A stretch of 64,000 nucleotides of DNA, from contig VJWM01000178.1 of the NCBI GenBank assembly GCA_010909165.1, forward strand, positions 310,001 through 374,000, written 5' to 3'. Under the pieces are notes generated by a model. The model saw nothing but the letters and a program-made list of their open reading frames with translations. It had not been told where the DNA came from and made no database searches. Below are positions 62,040-64,000 of this stretch, piece after piece. Numbering within the stretch: position 1 is the stretch's first letter; each line of letters opens with the position of its first letter. The translations under genes and the position numbers were made by a program. This DNA is from Anthoceros angustus. Taxonomy: Eukaryota; Plantae; Anthocerotophyta.

Positions 62040-63965
62040 GCCTCCTGGCCTCTCCTCTGCTCTGCTCTCCTCCCCTCCCCTCCCCTCTCCTCTCCCCTGC
62101 TCTCCTTTCCTTTCCTCTCCTCTCCTCTCCTCTCCTTTTCACTGGGGAGCACGCCAAGAGCAGCGGCCGAGAAGGCGCTGATGGCAATGAATGAAGGAGG
62201 CAGAGGCGGCAGCAGCAGGACCAGCTGCAAATCGCAAGCGACGGCAGCAGAAGATCCGGCTGCAGGCTGCAGGCTGCAGGCTGCAGGCTGCGGGCGCACA
62301 GGTTGCGAGCGGAGAGGGGGATGCGGGGAGCAGGGCAGGGGTGAGCTCTAGATGCGGTGCAGCAGCAGAAGACGCGCAAACGTCACAGGCGCGGAGGAGG
62401 CGGCGTTGAGAGATTGGGCCAGAATTGAGGGTGGAGGTCGGGGATGGCAGCAGGCGTGCGCGTTGGGCAAACCTGGAGCGGGCATTGAAGTAGGAAGGTG
62501 GCAGGCCAGCTCCGTCCGTCCTGTCCTGTCCTGTCCCGTGCCGTCCGTCCCGTGCGGGATAGGCTAGAGACGAAGGCGGGCCGGGGCCGGGGCCGGGGCC
62601 GGGCGCCGGGCAGCACCTGGCCGGGCCGGGCTGGCCGGCCCAGCCCGGCCGGGCTGTTTGCCCTAGACTAACTCTAACTTAGCGCGCGAAAGCGGGAACA
62701 GGAGCCCTGAGGCGGTGGTCGTTGGCGCTGGTCGTTGGGATCATGGATGGAGATGCAGGCGGGAGGAGTCGATCATCCATCGTCGATCGTCGATCCGGCA
62801 ACGCCATTCTAAATCTACATCGGGCAGGGGGGACTGGGTTGCATTATTGAGTGACAAATGCGGCAAGTGCAAAGGGCGTGGACAACACAACAGCCCAACA
62901 GCCCCAGGGGTGTGTAACCCGTAACGCTCGACAGTGGCAGTGGCGGGGTGGGTTTGTAACTTTGTCGGGACAACCTGACAGCCGGGCCCGGTTCGAACTC
63001 GAACCCGGCGCGGACTCTGCTTCCGCTTCTGACCACGGCAGCGGTTACAGTACGCAGCGCTGTGGTTGGGCACAAAGTATTTGACTTATGGGCGAGCTCC
63101 GGGCGCGAAGCCGAAGCCGAGGCCGAGGCCGAGGCCGGGCACGCTGGAATCTTCCAGCGGCCTCGGCAGGGCAGGGTTGGGGGGACTCGCGCGCGGAGCA
63201 GTAATATGTAATATCGGCGTAAGCACGTCTGTGCTGGCGCTGGCGCTGGCGCTGGCGCTGGCACGGACGTGTGAAAAGGGGCTATGTGGTTCGAGGTTGA
63301 GGGTGGCGATGCTGCTGTCCCTGCAGCTCCGACAGGCCTGGCCCCCCTGCCTGCTTTGCTGCTTGCCGCTTGCCTGTGGCGACTGTGGCTGTGGCTGTGG
63401 CTGTGGCTGTGAACTCAGCGCAAGCGGATTCCTTTAGGTTAAGTGGGGGCCCACTGAGGCCGCCTAAGTGGGGGCCCAGCCGGGCGGATGATCATCATTC
63501 AAGCATGACAGGATTGTTAAGGACACGCGTCTGTGGCAGAGGGGCAGCGGGGCATAGGCCAGAGGCAGGGGCAGAGGCAGAGGCGTAACGGGACGTGGCG
63601 CTCTCCCAACCGTCCCGTAACCCCGTTCCCGCTTCCTCCCCTGCCGTTACGTTACGCTGCACCAGCGTACTGTAACGTCTCTCACAGCGCTGCTCCTCTC
63701 CGCTGCTGCTGCTGCTGCTGCTGCTTCTGCTTCTGCTCTGTTTTGTGCTGCACTGACTTAATCTTTTAGTCCACAAAGATGGCTGTGAATATGGAGACTT
63801 TGCTGTGCAGTAATTGCTTTCCCTTACCATTTTATCTTTTTCTTTGCCTTGGCCATGCCTCGCCTTCCCTTGCCTTGCCCTGCCCTGCCTTGCCCTGCCC
63901 TGCCCTTCCCTGCCCTGCCTTGCCCTGCCCTGCCTTGCCCTGCCTTGCATTGCCCTGCCTTGCTC
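62040..63965. repeat. Field of diverse simple-sequence repeats upstream of the MYB gene
   Basis: (CTCCT)n ~62050-62140, (GGCTGCA)n 62258-62291, (GGGGCC)n 62578-62603, (GGCCGA)n ~63110-63135, (GCGCTG)n ~63233-63262, (TGTGGC)n ~63383-63410, (CTG)n ~63700-63725, (CCCTG/CCTTG)n ~63850-63962. Confidence 0.9.
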
Positions 63966-64000
63966 TGCAGCTCACCGTACTCAAAAGACTAATAAGGCAC

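Noticed and set aside
62980-63010. GGTTCGAA resembling a tRNA T-loop
   Set aside because: No cloverleaf or A-box; it is part of a short palindrome.

Overview
Gene-dense, GC-rich land-plant nuclear DNA with short introns. A PLS-type PPR gene carrying a PGQSWW box (DYW:WW type) suggests a hornwort, which is an inference. About 16 protein-coding genes are supported, in order: an IMK2/IMK3-like RLK (3' part), a metallophosphoesterase, a class III peroxidase, PRKRIP1, mitochondrial uL4, UTP23, an O-fucosyltransferase-family gene, a PLS-PPR editing factor with a decayed DYW domain, CSA/ERCC8, intronless sulfite oxidase, DEAD-box RH5, a FRIABLE1-like GT106, an SF1 helicase, UBA1, sucrose-phosphate synthase and a MYB61-clade R2R3-MYB. 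Accessory DNA holds a ~3.6 kb CRE-like non-LTR retrotransposon (RT plus restriction-like endonuclease) flanked by an 18-bp direct repeat (13.9-17.5 kb). It also holds a repeat-rich 42.3-49.3 kb interval with a duplicated gag/CCHC fragment inside a split dispersed repeat. No rRNA, tRNA or CRISPR is supported. Multi-exon gene limits were read by eye and are approximate.
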